DNA of 64,000 nt from Vicinamibacteria bacterium (GTDB lineage: Bacteria; Acidobacteriota; Vicinamibacteria; Fen-336), in contig JAMPXO010000011.1 of assembly GCA_023701125.1 (NCBI GenBank), positions 1,218 through 65,217 on the forward strand, given 5' to 3'. The notes below the pieces were generated by a model. The model searched no databases and was not told where the DNA came from. It worked only from the letters and a program-made list of their open reading frames with translations. Position numbers and translations under genes: made by a program. Of this stretch, positions 8,725-17,666 are shown in pieces. Numbering within the stretch: the stretch's first letter is position 1; the number at the start of each line of letters is the position of its first letter.

Positions 8725-9626
8725 AGCTGCTGCTGGCGCGCGCGGGCGCGCTGGGCGACGTCCTGCTGCTGCGCCCGGCGCTGGCGGCGCTGCGCGCGGC
8801 GGGCCACGAGGCGCTGCTGCTGGCGCCGGCGCGCACCGCCTCGGTGCTGGTCCGAGGTGGTGCGTTGCCGGCGGCGAACCTGCTCGACGCCGACGCGCCG
8901 CAGTGGTCGTTCGCGGCGGCGGGCTCGCCGCCCCCGCCTGCCGCCCGCGAGCGCCTCGTCGGGCTCGACGCCGCGGTCGTCTTCAGCGCGCGGGTCGAGG
9001 CCGCGCGAGCCTTCGAGCGCTTCGCCCGTTGCGTGGTCGCCTTGCCGCCCTGGCCCGCGCCTGGTTCGCCGTCGGCCGCCGGAGCCGCAGCAGACGCCGT
9101 CTCGCGCTGGGCGCCCGCGTTGCCGCCGAGCCCGCTGCTTCCTCATCCTGAGGACGTGGCGGCGGTCGCGACCCTGCGCTCCACGCTGCCCTCGCACTTC
9201 GTGGCCTTGCACCCCGGCAGCGGCGCACCCCGGAAGAACTGGCCGGGCTTCCCGGCGCTGGCCGCTCGCCTTCCCGATCCTCCCCTCGTCGTCGTGGGCC
9301 CGGCCGAAGAAGAGCGCGGCTTCGACCCCGACGCCTACCCGGGGGCCCGATTCGCACGCGGCCTGTCGAACGGCGCACTCGGCGCGTTGCTCGCTGCGGC
9401 CGGGCTCGTCGTCGGCAACGACTCCGGCGTGCTCCACCTGGCGGCGGCGTTCGGAGCGCCGGTGCTGGGGCTCTACGGACCGACCGATCCGGAGACGTGG
9501 GCGCCGTGGGGTACGAAGGTGCAGGCGCTCCGCGCGCCGGGGGCGAGCCTGGCGGACCTCGAGGTCGAGGCGGTCCTCGCCTACGTCTGCGGCGCGCGGA
9601 CCTCGGTGCGGCTGATCAGCCGGTAG
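8721..9626 (+). CDS. glycosyltransferase family 9 (heptosyltransferase-like)
   Basis: LKLLLARAGALGDVLLLRPALAALRAAGHE (GT9 N-term), ...FVALHPGSGAPRKNWP..., GNDSGVLHLAAAFGAPVLGLYGPT; no ATG/GTG/TTG in frame near the conserved N-terminus (CTG at 8721). Confidence 0.6.
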   Translation: MKLLLARAGALGDVLLLRPALAALRAAGHEALLLAPARTASVLVRGGALPAANLLDADAPQWSFAAAGSPPPPAARERLVGLDAAVVFSARVEAARAFERFARCVVALPPWPAPGSPSAAGAAADAVSRWAPALPPSPLLPHPEDVAAVATLRSTLPSHFVALHPGSGAPRKNWPGFPALAARLPDPPLVVVGPAEEERGFDPDAYPGARFARGLSNGALGALLAAAGLVVGNDSGVLHLAAAFGAPVLGLYGPTDPETWAPWGTKVQALRAPGASLADLEVEAVLAYVCGARTSVRLISR

Positions 9627-10270
9627 AGGCTGACCGCCACCGGCCGGCCCTGGAAGCGGCCCGGCTCGAAGCGCTCCTGGCGCAGCGCATAGGCCAGCGG
9701 CGCGGCGTAGGCACTGTCGCCGCCGAGCACGCGCACCGCACTGACCCGGCCGTCGCGGGTGACGACGGTCTCGACGAACCAGGTGCGGTCGGCGGGCGCC
9801 CCGGCCAGCGCATCGTCGAGCTCCGCGCTGGCCGTGAGGCGCGGCGCGAGCACGCCGGGGGCCAGCGCCAGCGGCCGGCTCTCGCTGCCGGAGAGCAGGG
9901 ACTCGGCGGGCGCCGGCACCGTCGGCCGGATCGGCACCATCAGGATCGGCAGCGCCATCAGGCAGAACGCGGCCACCGCGACGGGCGCGAAGCGCGGCCG
10001 CAGCAGCGGCCGCGCCGGCCTCAGCAACTCGCGCAGGGCGGGCCGTCGAGACTCCAGCTCGAGCCGCTCGCGGACCCGCACGGCGATCGGCTCCGGCGAC
10101 GATTCGCGCGGCAGGCCGGCGACCAGCTCCAGCGTGTCGCGCAACTGGTCGAGATGCAGCCGACAGTCCGGGCAGCTCTCGACGTGACGGGACAGGAACC
10201 GCGCGTGAGCCGGCGCCAGTTCCCCGTCCAGGTACTCGGAGAACAGGGCACGGACGTCCCGACAGCTCAT
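9581..10270 (-). CDS. anti-sigma factor (zf-HC2 type) with C-terminal periplasmic region
   Basis: MSCRDVRALFSEYLDGEL...HVESCPDCR zinc-finger anti-sigma motif; single TM; ATGA overlap with sigma gene stop. Confidence 0.7.
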   Translation of the reverse strand: MSCRDVRALFSEYLDGELAPAHARFLSRHVESCPDCRLHLDQLRDTLELVAGLPRESSPEPIAVRVRERLELESRRPALRELLRPARPLLRPRFAPVAVAAFCLMALPILMVPIRPTVPAPAESLLSGSESRPLALAPGVLAPRLTASAELDDALAGAPADRTWFVETVVTRDGRVSAVRVLGGDSAYAAPLAYALRQERFEPGRFQGRPVAVSLYRLISRTEVRAPQT

Positions 10271-10893
10271 CGCGCGGCCTCCGGCGTGCACAGCCGGGCC
10301 CGCAGCGCCTCGCGGGCGCGAGCCAGGCGGCTCTTCACGGTGCCCTCGGCGATGCCGAGGCTGTGCGCGATCTCCTCGCAGGTCAGGCCCTCGACCTCGC
10401 GCAGCACCAGCACGGCACGGTGATCGAACGAGATCGCCAGCAGCGCCTTCTGCACGCGCTCGGCCTGCTCGCGCCGGCGCACGGCATCGTACGGCGAGTC
10501 GCCGCGCCGGGCCTGCGCGAGCTGCGACTCGTCGCGCGCGCTCAGCTGCTCGAGGCCGACGCTGCGGTCGCGCTTGCGGCGCATCCACAGCCGGCGCCGG
10601 TTCCGGCACAGGTTGACGACGATGCGGTAGATCCAGGTCCGCAGCGCGCTGCGCTCCTCGAAGCGGCCGAGCGTGCGGTAGACCTGCAGGAACACGTCCT
10701 GCGAGACGTCGCGGGCTTCGTCCGGGTTGCCCAGCATGCGCAGGGCGAGGTTGAAGACCATCGTTTCGTGGAGGGAGACGAGCCGCGCGAAGGCCGCGGC
10801 GTCACCGCCGCGGCACTGCGCGAGGAGGCTACGCTCGGCGGCAGCGGCGCCCAGCGACTCGACCGAAGCGATCGCAAATTCGCCCGCGGCCAT
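10267..10893 (-). CDS. ECF (sigma-24/RpoE-like) RNA polymerase sigma factor
   Basis: 208 aa; region 2 ...DVFLQVYRTLGRFEERSALRTWIYRIVVNLC..., region 4 LREVEGLTCEEIAHSLGIAEGTVKSRL. Confidence 0.85.
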   Translation of the reverse strand: MAAGEFAIASVESLGAAAAERSLLAQCRGGDAAAFARLVSLHETMVFNLALRMLGNPDEARDVSQDVFLQVYRTLGRFEERSALRTWIYRIVVNLCRNRRRLWMRRKRDRSVGLEQLSARDESQLAQARRGDSPYDAVRRREQAERVQKALLAISFDHRAVLVLREVEGLTCEEIAHSLGIAEGTVKSRLARAREALRARLCTPEAAR

Positions 10894-10972
10894 ATTCCCT
10901 CCTGCATCGAGTCCGGCGCCGAGGTGAACCCCTCGCCGGTCCTCCTACCCCCGTCGGGAACCTTGCTGCTTG

Positions 10973-10998
10973 GACACCAGCCAGGCGGCTGCGGTTCC
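10973..10998 (-). promoter_or_regulatory. candidate ECF-type promoter GGAACC-N17-GTC upstream of the sigma/anti-sigma operon (possible autoregulation)
   Basis: minus-strand reading ...aaGGAACCgcagccgcctggctggtGTCcaag... ~80 nt upstream of the sigma ATG; motif match only. Confidence 0.3.
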
Positions 10999-11009
10999 TT
11001 CTGCCGATA

Positions 11010-12596
11010 CTACGCCCCGGGCGCGGGATCCATTCCCGGTTTTTCCACCGCCAGGCCGCGCTGCCCGACCAGCAGGGCCGCCGTCGCGAGCCCGACGAGG
11101 ACCGCGGTCAGGGCAACGCCCACCAGGGTCAGCAGGTCGCCGAGCCCCACCGGCGCCAGGATGGCCTGGACCTGGGCCGCGAACGGGAAGCCCTTGCCCG
11201 CGCGGTAGGCCCGGGTCGCCGCCAGCCCGGCCATCGCCCCGACGCCCAGCCCGAAGCTGGCGGCACCGATCGCGACGCAGCGCCAGGCGACGCCCGCGCG
11301 CGAGAGTGCCGCCTTGCGCTCGGCCGGAGCCACGTGGAACTCGACGTCGCGCACGCTCCACGGCACGAAGCGGCTCAGCATCCACAGCCCGGGCAACCCC
11401 GTCAGCAGCGTGAAGACGAAGAAGTCCCGCCAGCCAATCGCGTCGGCCAGCAGCCCGGCGGGCGGGCCGGCGAAGACCCGCGGGATCGTGAACAGGCTGG
11501 AGAGCAGCGCGAACTGGGTGGCCGAGAAGCGCTTCTGGGTCAGCCGCAGCAACAGCACGCCGAACGCCCCGTTGCCGAGCCCGGAGGTCGCGTACTCGAA
11601 GGCGGTGGCGAGGTACATCACCGCCCGCACCGGCCCGACCTGGGCGACCACGGCATAGCCGAGGTTGGAGACGATCTGCAGCACGCCCGTGATCCACAGC
11701 GCGCGGCCGAGCCCCTGCGACTGGGTCAGCAGGCCGCCGAGGAAGGTGCCGAACACCATGCCGAACAGGCCGATCGTGCCGCTGGCCACGCCGACGTCGA
11801 CGTCGTCGAACCCGACCTGGATCAGGAACGGCGCGGTCAGCGCCTGGGTCAGGTTGTCGGACAGCTTGAACAGCACCACGAAGGCCAGGATCTCCAGCGC
11901 GCGGTGCTGGCCGAGCATGCCCACGAACGGCTCCCACACCGCCGCCCGCAGCGACACCGGCGGCACGGGGTGCTCCTCCGGCTCGGGCGCCTTCCACGGC
12001 AACAGGGTCGCGGGCAGGTACAACAGCGCCAGGCACAGGTTGACGAGCGGCCAGCCCATGAACGCCGAGGCGGTGATCGAGAGCCGGCCCGAGAACCACA
12101 TCGCGGCGCGGTACAACGCAACGCGGGCGCCGACCGCGAGGCCCTGCTCCTCGCGCCGCAGCACTTCGACCGTGTAGGCGTCGTACGCGACGTCGAAGCT
12201 CGCGGAGAAGAACGCGATCAGGCAGGCCACCGCGGCGATCCACAACACGTGCTGCGCGGGATCGGTGAGCGTGGCCAGCCACAGGCCGCTGGCCAGCAGC
12301 CCGGCGTTGGCGATCAGCATCCAGCCGCGCTTGCGGCCGAAGCCGGGCGGCGCGTAGCGGTCCATCAGCGGCGCCCACAGGAACTTGAAGGTCCACGGCG
12401 CCTGCGCCAGCGTGAACAGGCCGACCACGCGGATGTCGACCCCCGCCCGCGCCATCCAGGCCGGGATCGCGAGCCAGACGACGCCCAGCGGCAGGCCGGA
12501 GACGAACGAGAGCAGGGCGACCGAACCCAGTCGCCAGCTCCCGGCGACCTGCATCAGGCTCTCTCTCGTGTTCAGGCGCCGCGCGGGCTCGCTCAC
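11010..12596 (-). CDS. ampG: AmpG-family MFS muropeptide permease
   Basis: 528 aa; ...PWTFKFLWAPLMDRYAPPGFGRKRGW... matches AmpG signature (FKFLWSPLMDRY); 12-14 TM helices. Confidence 0.8.
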   Translation of the reverse strand: MSEPARRLNTRESLMQVAGSWRLGSVALLSFVSGLPLGVVWLAIPAWMARAGVDIRVVGLFTLAQAPWTFKFLWAPLMDRYAPPGFGRKRGWMLIANAGLLASGLWLATLTDPAQHVLWIAAVACLIAFFSASFDVAYDAYTVEVLRREEQGLAVGARVALYRAAMWFSGRLSITASAFMGWPLVNLCLALLYLPATLLPWKAPEPEEHPVPPVSLRAAVWEPFVGMLGQHRALEILAFVVLFKLSDNLTQALTAPFLIQVGFDDVDVGVASGTIGLFGMVFGTFLGGLLTQSQGLGRALWITGVLQIVSNLGYAVVAQVGPVRAVMYLATAFEYATSGLGNGAFGVLLLRLTQKRFSATQFALLSSLFTIPRVFAGPPAGLLADAIGWRDFFVFTLLTGLPGLWMLSRFVPWSVRDVEFHVAPAERKAALSRAGVAWRCVAIGAASFGLGVGAMAGLAATRAYRAGKGFPFAAQVQAILAPVGLGDLLTLVGVALTAVLVGLATAALLVGQRGLAVEKPGMDPAPGA

Positions 12597-12619
12597 GGGG
12601 CGCGAGGATACACGGCTCC

Positions 12620-14887
12620 TCAGCAGCCGAGCCGCTGCAGCTTCCGGGCGAGGCCCTGCCGGCTCAGTCCCAGCAGGCGCGCGGCCCGGGCCTGGTTGCC
12701 TCCGAAGCGCGCCAGGGCCTCGGCGATCGCCGCGCGCTCCAGGCGAGCGACGCGCCCGGCCAGGCCCTCCCCCGCCGGGCCGCCGCCGCGCAGCTCGCGC
12801 GGCAGGTGTTCGCGCAGGATCGTGGGGCCCGGGCAGTCGACGAGCGCCTGGCGCATCACGTTCATCAACTCGCGCACGTTGCCGGGCCAGGGATGGGCGC
12901 GCAGCGCCGCGAGGGCCGGGGCCGACAGGTCCGGGCAGGCGCGGCCATCACTGGCGGCGAAGCGCTTGAGAAAGGCGCGCGCCAGCAGCAGCAGGTCGTC
13001 GCCGCGCTCGCGGAGCGGCGGCAGTTCGAGCACGAGCTGGTGGAGCCGGTGCATCACGTCGGCGCGCAACTCGCCGCGCGCGACGCGGTCCGCCAGCGGC
13101 ACGTTCGAGGCGGTGACCACCCGCACGTCCGCGGCGCGCGACTGGGTGTCGCCGAAGCGCTCGTAGCGGCGCTCCTGCAGGAACCGCAGCAGCGCGCCCT
13201 GCGCGCGCGGGCTCAGGTCCTGGACCTCGTCGATGAAGAGCGTGCCGCCCTCGGCGCGCTCGACCAGGCCGGCGCGATCCTTGTGGGCGTCCGTGTACGC
13301 GCCGCGCACGTGGCCGAACAGCGTCGAGTGCAGGGTCCCGTCGTGCAGCTCGGCGGCCGAGACCGCGACGAACCCGCCGCGCCGGCCCGACAGCGCGTGC
13401 AGTGCCTGCGCCACCTGCTCCTTGCCGGTCCCGGTTTCGCCGCTCACGTGCACGTCGCCACTGGCTCGCGCGTAGCGCGGCAGGCTTTCGCACAGCGTCC
13501 GCATCGCCTCCGAGCGCCCGAGCAGGCCGTGCAACGGGCCACCCGCCACGCCGGCTTCTTCGAAGCCGGGCGCTCCACCTTCCGCGGCTCCGATGCGCAG
13601 GTCGGCGCGAACGTAAGCGAGGATGCGGCGGTCGCCCCACGCCTCGATCTCGACCAGCGCATCGCGCACCTCGGGCGCCTCCGGCCCGAGCCCGCGGCCC
13701 AACGCGAGCCCCAGCGCCGCGACGGCCCGGAACGCCGGCCGCGAAGAGGCCGCGGCCAGGGCGCGCTCGAACGCGGCTTCGGCGGGGCGTCCGGCGTGGA
13801 GCAGGGCCCGCCCGCGCGCGATCTCCGCCAGCATCACCAGGTCGGGGCGGCGCCGCCCCAGTCGCCCCGCCCGCTCGGCATCCCGCAGCGCCGCGGCCAC
13901 CGCGCCACGCGCCAGCAGCGCCTGCGCGTGCCGGACCCGGGCGCGCGCCTCGCCCTCGCGATCCTGCAACTCGGCGAATACGCGCGCCGCCTCGGCCGCC
14001 TCCGCCTCGGAGACCGCCGGCTGGCCGAAGGCGAGGGCCAGGTCGGCCTCGAGCAGCAGCACTTCCGCCCGCCCCCGATCCAGGCCGCTGCCGGCCCCGG
14101 CCCGGGCGCGGTCGGCCTCGGCCCGAGCCGCCTGCAGGTCGCCCTGGGCGAGGCGCACGCTGGCCAGGCGCAAGCCGGCCACCGATTCGGCCCGCGGGTC
14201 GCCCAGCCGGCGCCAGATCTCGGCGGCCTGCTGCAAGTCGGCCGCCGCCTGCTGCCAGCCGCCCCTGTAGGCGAGCAACTCGCCGCGGTCGGCGAGGCCC
14301 GCGGCCACCGCGTCCTCGCGGCCCAGCGCGCGCGAGACCTCGATCCGGCGGGTCAGCGCGTCCTGGCAGTCCGCGAGTCGTCCCGCGTCGCGGGCCAGGC
14401 TGGCCTCGACCTCGTGGACTGCCGCCAGCACGCCGCTCCAGTGCTCGCGTCCGCACACGTCTCGGGCCGTCGCCAGCGCGTGGCCGGCGCGCTCCGGCTC
14501 GCCCCGACGCCAGCAGCAGCGGGCCTCAGTCAGGGCCAGCCTTGCCAGCGTGCGCGGTTCGGCCGCGAGCGCCCGCGCCTGCCGCAGGTCCGCCTCGGCC
14601 GCGGCCACCCGGCCCGTCTCCAGGTGCGCCTCTGCCCGGGCGATGCGCAAGCGGGCCGCCAGGTCCGGCGCCAGCGGACCCGAGTTCAAGGCGCGCGAGG
14701 CCGTGGCCAGCGCCTCGCGGCCGCGGCCCAGCGCGGCGAGGGCATCGATTCGTAACAGGGCGCCCTCGCGCCGGTTGCCGAGCGACGCCAGGGCGAGCGT
14801 GGGCCGGCCCGCCGCCAGCGCGGCTCGAGCCCGGCGCAGGCGCGCGGGTGTGCGGTCGACGAGCGGGCGGGACCAGGTCTCGGGCAT
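12620..14887 (-). CDS. sigma-54-dependent transcriptional activator with N-terminal TPR-like region and C-terminal Fis-type HTH
   Basis: AAA+ sigma54-interaction domain (VSGETGTGKE, GTLFIDEV, ESELFGH-like TLFGHVRGAYTDA), C-terminal GNQARAARLLGLSRQGLARKL. Confidence 0.8.
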   Translation of the reverse strand: MPETWSRPLVDRTPARLRRARAALAAGRPTLALASLGNRREGALLRIDALAALGRGREALATASRALNSGPLAPDLAARLRIARAEAHLETGRVAAAEADLRQARALAAEPRTLARLALTEARCCWRRGEPERAGHALATARDVCGREHWSGVLAAVHEVEASLARDAGRLADCQDALTRRIEVSRALGREDAVAAGLADRGELLAYRGGWQQAAADLQQAAEIWRRLGDPRAESVAGLRLASVRLAQGDLQAARAEADRARAGAGSGLDRGRAEVLLLEADLALAFGQPAVSEAEAAEAARVFAELQDREGEARARVRHAQALLARGAVAAALRDAERAGRLGRRRPDLVMLAEIARGRALLHAGRPAEAAFERALAAASSRPAFRAVAALGLALGRGLGPEAPEVRDALVEIEAWGDRRILAYVRADLRIGAAEGGAPGFEEAGVAGGPLHGLLGRSEAMRTLCESLPRYARASGDVHVSGETGTGKEQVAQALHALSGRRGGFVAVSAAELHDGTLHSTLFGHVRGAYTDAHKDRAGLVERAEGGTLFIDEVQDLSPRAQGALLRFLQERRYERFGDTQSRAADVRVVTASNVPLADRVARGELRADVMHRLHQLVLELPPLRERGDDLLLLARAFLKRFAASDGRACPDLSAPALAALRAHPWPGNVRELMNVMRQALVDCPGPTILREHLPRELRGGGPAGEGLAGRVARLERAAIAEALARFGGNQARAARLLGLSRQGLARKLQRLGC

Positions 14888-15017
14888 GTCGGTGGGCCTC
14901 CGTGGCCGAAGATGGTCCCCGCGCTCGCGGCGGCCCGCCCGCGTTGGACGGACGGAATCACGACCGTCACACCCGCGCGGCTACGGACTTTTCGCGCGGC
15001 CTGCTACCCTCGGCGCC

Positions 15018-16205
15018 GTGCTGCGTTTCTTCACCGCGGGCGAGTCCCACGGCCCCGCCCTGACCGCCATCCTCGACGGCCTGCCGCGGGGCGTCGCCGT
15101 CGACCGGGCGGCCATCGACGCCGACTTGCGCCGCCGGCAGGGCGGTTACGGCCGCGGCGGGCGGCAGCAGATCGAGCGCGACGAGGTCGAGATCACCGGC
15201 GGCGTGCGCCACGGCCGGACCCTGGGCAGCCCGGTGGCGCTCGTGGTGCGCAACCGCGACCACGCCAACTGGGCGGACGTGATGTCGCCCGATCCCCAGC
15301 CCGACGCCGCGCGCGAGCGGCGCCGACTGCGCCACCCGCGGCCGGGCCACGCCGATCTCGCGGGCGCCCTGAAGTACGGCACCACCGACCTGCGCGAGGT
15401 GCTGGAACGGGCCAGCGCCCGCGAGACGGCGGCCCGCGTCGCCGCCGGCGCGCTGGCCCGCGCCCTGCTCCGCGCGACAGGCGTCGAGGTCCGCAGCCAT
15501 GTCGTGCAGATCGGGGCCGCGGCCGCCGCGGACGGGGTCGCGTGGGACGCGCTGGCCGAGGTCGAGGCCAGCCCCGTGCGCTGCGCCGACACCGATGCGG
15601 GCCCGCGCATGGTGGCGGCGATCGACGACGCGAAGCGCGCGGGCGACACCGTGGGCGGCGTGTTCGAGGTCGTGGCCCACGGCGTGCCTCCCGGGCTCGG
15701 CTCGTACGCACAATGGGACCTGCGGCTCGACGGCCGCCTCGCCCAGGCGTTGATGTCGATCCCCGCGATCAAGGCCGTCGCCATCGGCAACGGCGCCGAC
15801 GCCTCCCGCCCGGGCAGCGCGACCCACGACCCGATCGCCTTCGATCCCGGCCGCGGCGTGCACCGGCTCAGCAACCACGCGGGTGGGCTCGAGGGCGGCG
15901 TCACCAACGGCGAGGAGCTGCGGCTGCGGGCGTGGGTCAAGCCGATCCCCACGTTGCAGGCGCCGCTGCCCTCGGTCGATCTCGAGAGCGGCGAAGCGAA
16001 GCCCGCGTCCTACGAGCGCAGCGACACCTGCGTCGTGCCGGCCGCCGCGGTGGTCGGCGAGGCGATGGTGTGCCTCGTGCTCGCCGACGCGGTCCTGCGC
16101 AAGTACGGCGGCGACTCGCTGGACGAACTGCTGCATCACCACGAGGCTTCGCGCGCCGGCGAGCAGTCCCTGCTCGCGGCGCGGGCCCCGGAATCACAGG
16201 AGTAG
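15018..16205 (+). CDS. aroC: chorismate synthase
   Basis: GTG start; VLRFFTAGESHGPALTAILDGLP..., GRSSARETA-like RASARETAARVAAG; upstream extension in ORF track is non-protein-like. Confidence 0.9.
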   Translation: MLRFFTAGESHGPALTAILDGLPRGVAVDRAAIDADLRRRQGGYGRGGRQQIERDEVEITGGVRHGRTLGSPVALVVRNRDHANWADVMSPDPQPDAARERRRLRHPRPGHADLAGALKYGTTDLREVLERASARETAARVAAGALARALLRATGVEVRSHVVQIGAAAAADGVAWDALAEVEASPVRCADTDAGPRMVAAIDDAKRAGDTVGGVFEVVAHGVPPGLGSYAQWDLRLDGRLAQALMSIPAIKAVAIGNGADASRPGSATHDPIAFDPGRGVHRLSNHAGGLEGGVTNGEELRLRAWVKPIPTLQAPLPSVDLESGEAKPASYERSDTCVVPAAAVVGEAMVCLVLADAVLRKYGGDSLDELLHHHEASRAGEQSLLAARAPESQE

Positions 16206-16213
16206 ATGGAAGG

Positions 16214-16729
16214 ATGGCGATCCGTCCGATCGTGAAGTGGGGCGACCCTGTCCTGCACGCGCCCTCGGCGCCGGTGGCGGTGGGCGACGCCTCGCTGCGC
16301 CAGTTGTTCGTGGACATGGTGGACACGATGTACGGAGCACCCGGGATCGGGCTGGCGGCCCCGCAGATCGGGGTGGGACTGCGAGTGATCGTGATCGATC
16401 TCTCCGTGGGCAAGGACCCGTCGCAGTTGATCCAGCTCTACAACCCCGAGTTCCTCTCCCGCGAGGGCGAACAGAAGGAGGACGAGGGCTGCCTCTCGAT
16501 CCCCGGCCACTACGGCTCGCCCGTGCGCCCGGAGAAGGTGGTGGTCAAGGGCCTCGACCCGCAGGGAGTCGAGCGGACCTACACCGCGACCGAGTTGCTG
16601 GCGCGCGCGTTCTGCCACGAGATCGACCACATCGACGGCCAGCTCTTCGTCGACCGGCTGTCCCCGCTCAAGCGCGACCTGCTCAAGCGCAAGCTGCGCA
16701 AGAAGGCGCGCTCCGGGTGGGAGGAGTAG
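16214..16729 (+). CDS. def: peptide deformylase
   Basis: GIGLAAPQIG, EGCLSIPG, HEIDHIDG motifs. Confidence 0.9.
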   Translation: MAIRPIVKWGDPVLHAPSAPVAVGDASLRQLFVDMVDTMYGAPGIGLAAPQIGVGLRVIVIDLSVGKDPSQLIQLYNPEFLSREGEQKEDEGCLSIPGHYGSPVRPEKVVVKGLDPQGVERTYTATELLARAFCHEIDHIDGQLFVDRLSPLKRDLLKRKLRKKARSGWEE

Positions 16730-16736
16730 CGACCGC

Positions 16737-17663
16737 GTGCGGATCGCCTTCTACGGCACGGGCCACTTCGCGGTGCCGTCGCTGCGCGCGCTGCTCGACG
16801 CCGGGCACGAGGTCGCCGCGCTGGTGGCGCAGCCCGACCGCGCGGCGGGCCGCGGCCTGAGCCTGCACGAGCCGCCGACCAAGACGCTGGCCCGCGAACG
16901 CGGGGTGCCGGTGCTGCAGCCCGAGCGCGTCAAGCGCCCCGAGGCCCAGGCGGCGCTGCGCGCGCTCACGCCCGAGCTGCAGGTCGTCGTCGCCTACGGG
17001 CAGATCCTGCCGCGGGCGGTGATCGACCTGGCCCCGCTCGGCACGGTCAACGTGCACGGTTCGCTGCTGCCGCGCTACCGCGGCGCGGCGCCGATCCAGT
17101 GGGCGATCGCGTCGGGCGAGACGATGACCGGGGTGTCGACGATGCTGATCGACGAGGGCCTCGACACCGGCCCGGTCCTGCAGCGGTGCGGGCTGGAGAT
17201 CGGACCGGAAGAAACCGCTTCCGAGCTGGAGCCGCGGCTCGCCGAGCTGGGCGCTGCCCTGCTGCTGGAGACGGTCTCGGGCCTGGCGACGGGCCGCCTG
17301 CACGCCCAGCCGCAGGACCCGGCGCAGGCCACGCTGGCACGGCTGCTCACGAAGGACGACGCGAAGATGGACTTCGCGCGGCCCGCGAAGGTGCTGTTCG
17401 ATCGCCTGCGCGGCTTCACGCCCTGGCCTGGCGCCCACACGCGGCACGACGGACGGCTGCTGAAGGTGCTGCGGGCGCGTCCCGAAGGCGGTGGCGGCGC
17501 GCCCGGCGAAGTCCTGGCCTGCGACCGCGAGGGTGTCGTGGTGGCGTGCGGCGAGAACAGCGGGCTCCGGTTGCTCGAGGTCCAGCCGGAGAGCCGGCGG
17601 GCGATGGCGGCGTCGGCGTGGGCCGCGGGCGCCCGGCTGGCCCCCGGCGCGCGGCTCGGCTAG
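16737..17663 (+). CDS. fmt: methionyl-tRNA formyltransferase
   Basis: GTG start; MRIAFYGTGHFAVPSL..., NVHGSLLPRYRGAAPIQ. Confidence 0.9.
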   Translation: MRIAFYGTGHFAVPSLRALLDAGHEVAALVAQPDRAAGRGLSLHEPPTKTLARERGVPVLQPERVKRPEAQAALRALTPELQVVVAYGQILPRAVIDLAPLGTVNVHGSLLPRYRGAAPIQWAIASGETMTGVSTMLIDEGLDTGPVLQRCGLEIGPEETASELEPRLAELGAALLLETVSGLATGRLHAQPQDPAQATLARLLTKDDAKMDFARPAKVLFDRLRGFTPWPGAHTRHDGRLLKVLRARPEGGGGAPGEVLACDREGVVVACGENSGLRLLEVQPESRRAMAASAWAAGARLAPGARLG

Positions 17664-17666
17664 GCC

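Noticed and set aside
6717-9626. 969-aa plus-strand ORF overlapping the beta-propeller gene
   Set aside because: Only its last ~300 codons (GT9 glycosyltransferase) look like protein. The rest is an Arg/Gly-rich out-of-frame read of the beta-propeller gene.
14550-16205. 551-aa ORF extending aroC upstream to 14550
   Set aside because: The upstream 156 codons are Arg/Ala/Ser-rich and overlap the sigma54-activator gene on the other strand. The conserved AroC N-terminus starts at GTG 15018.
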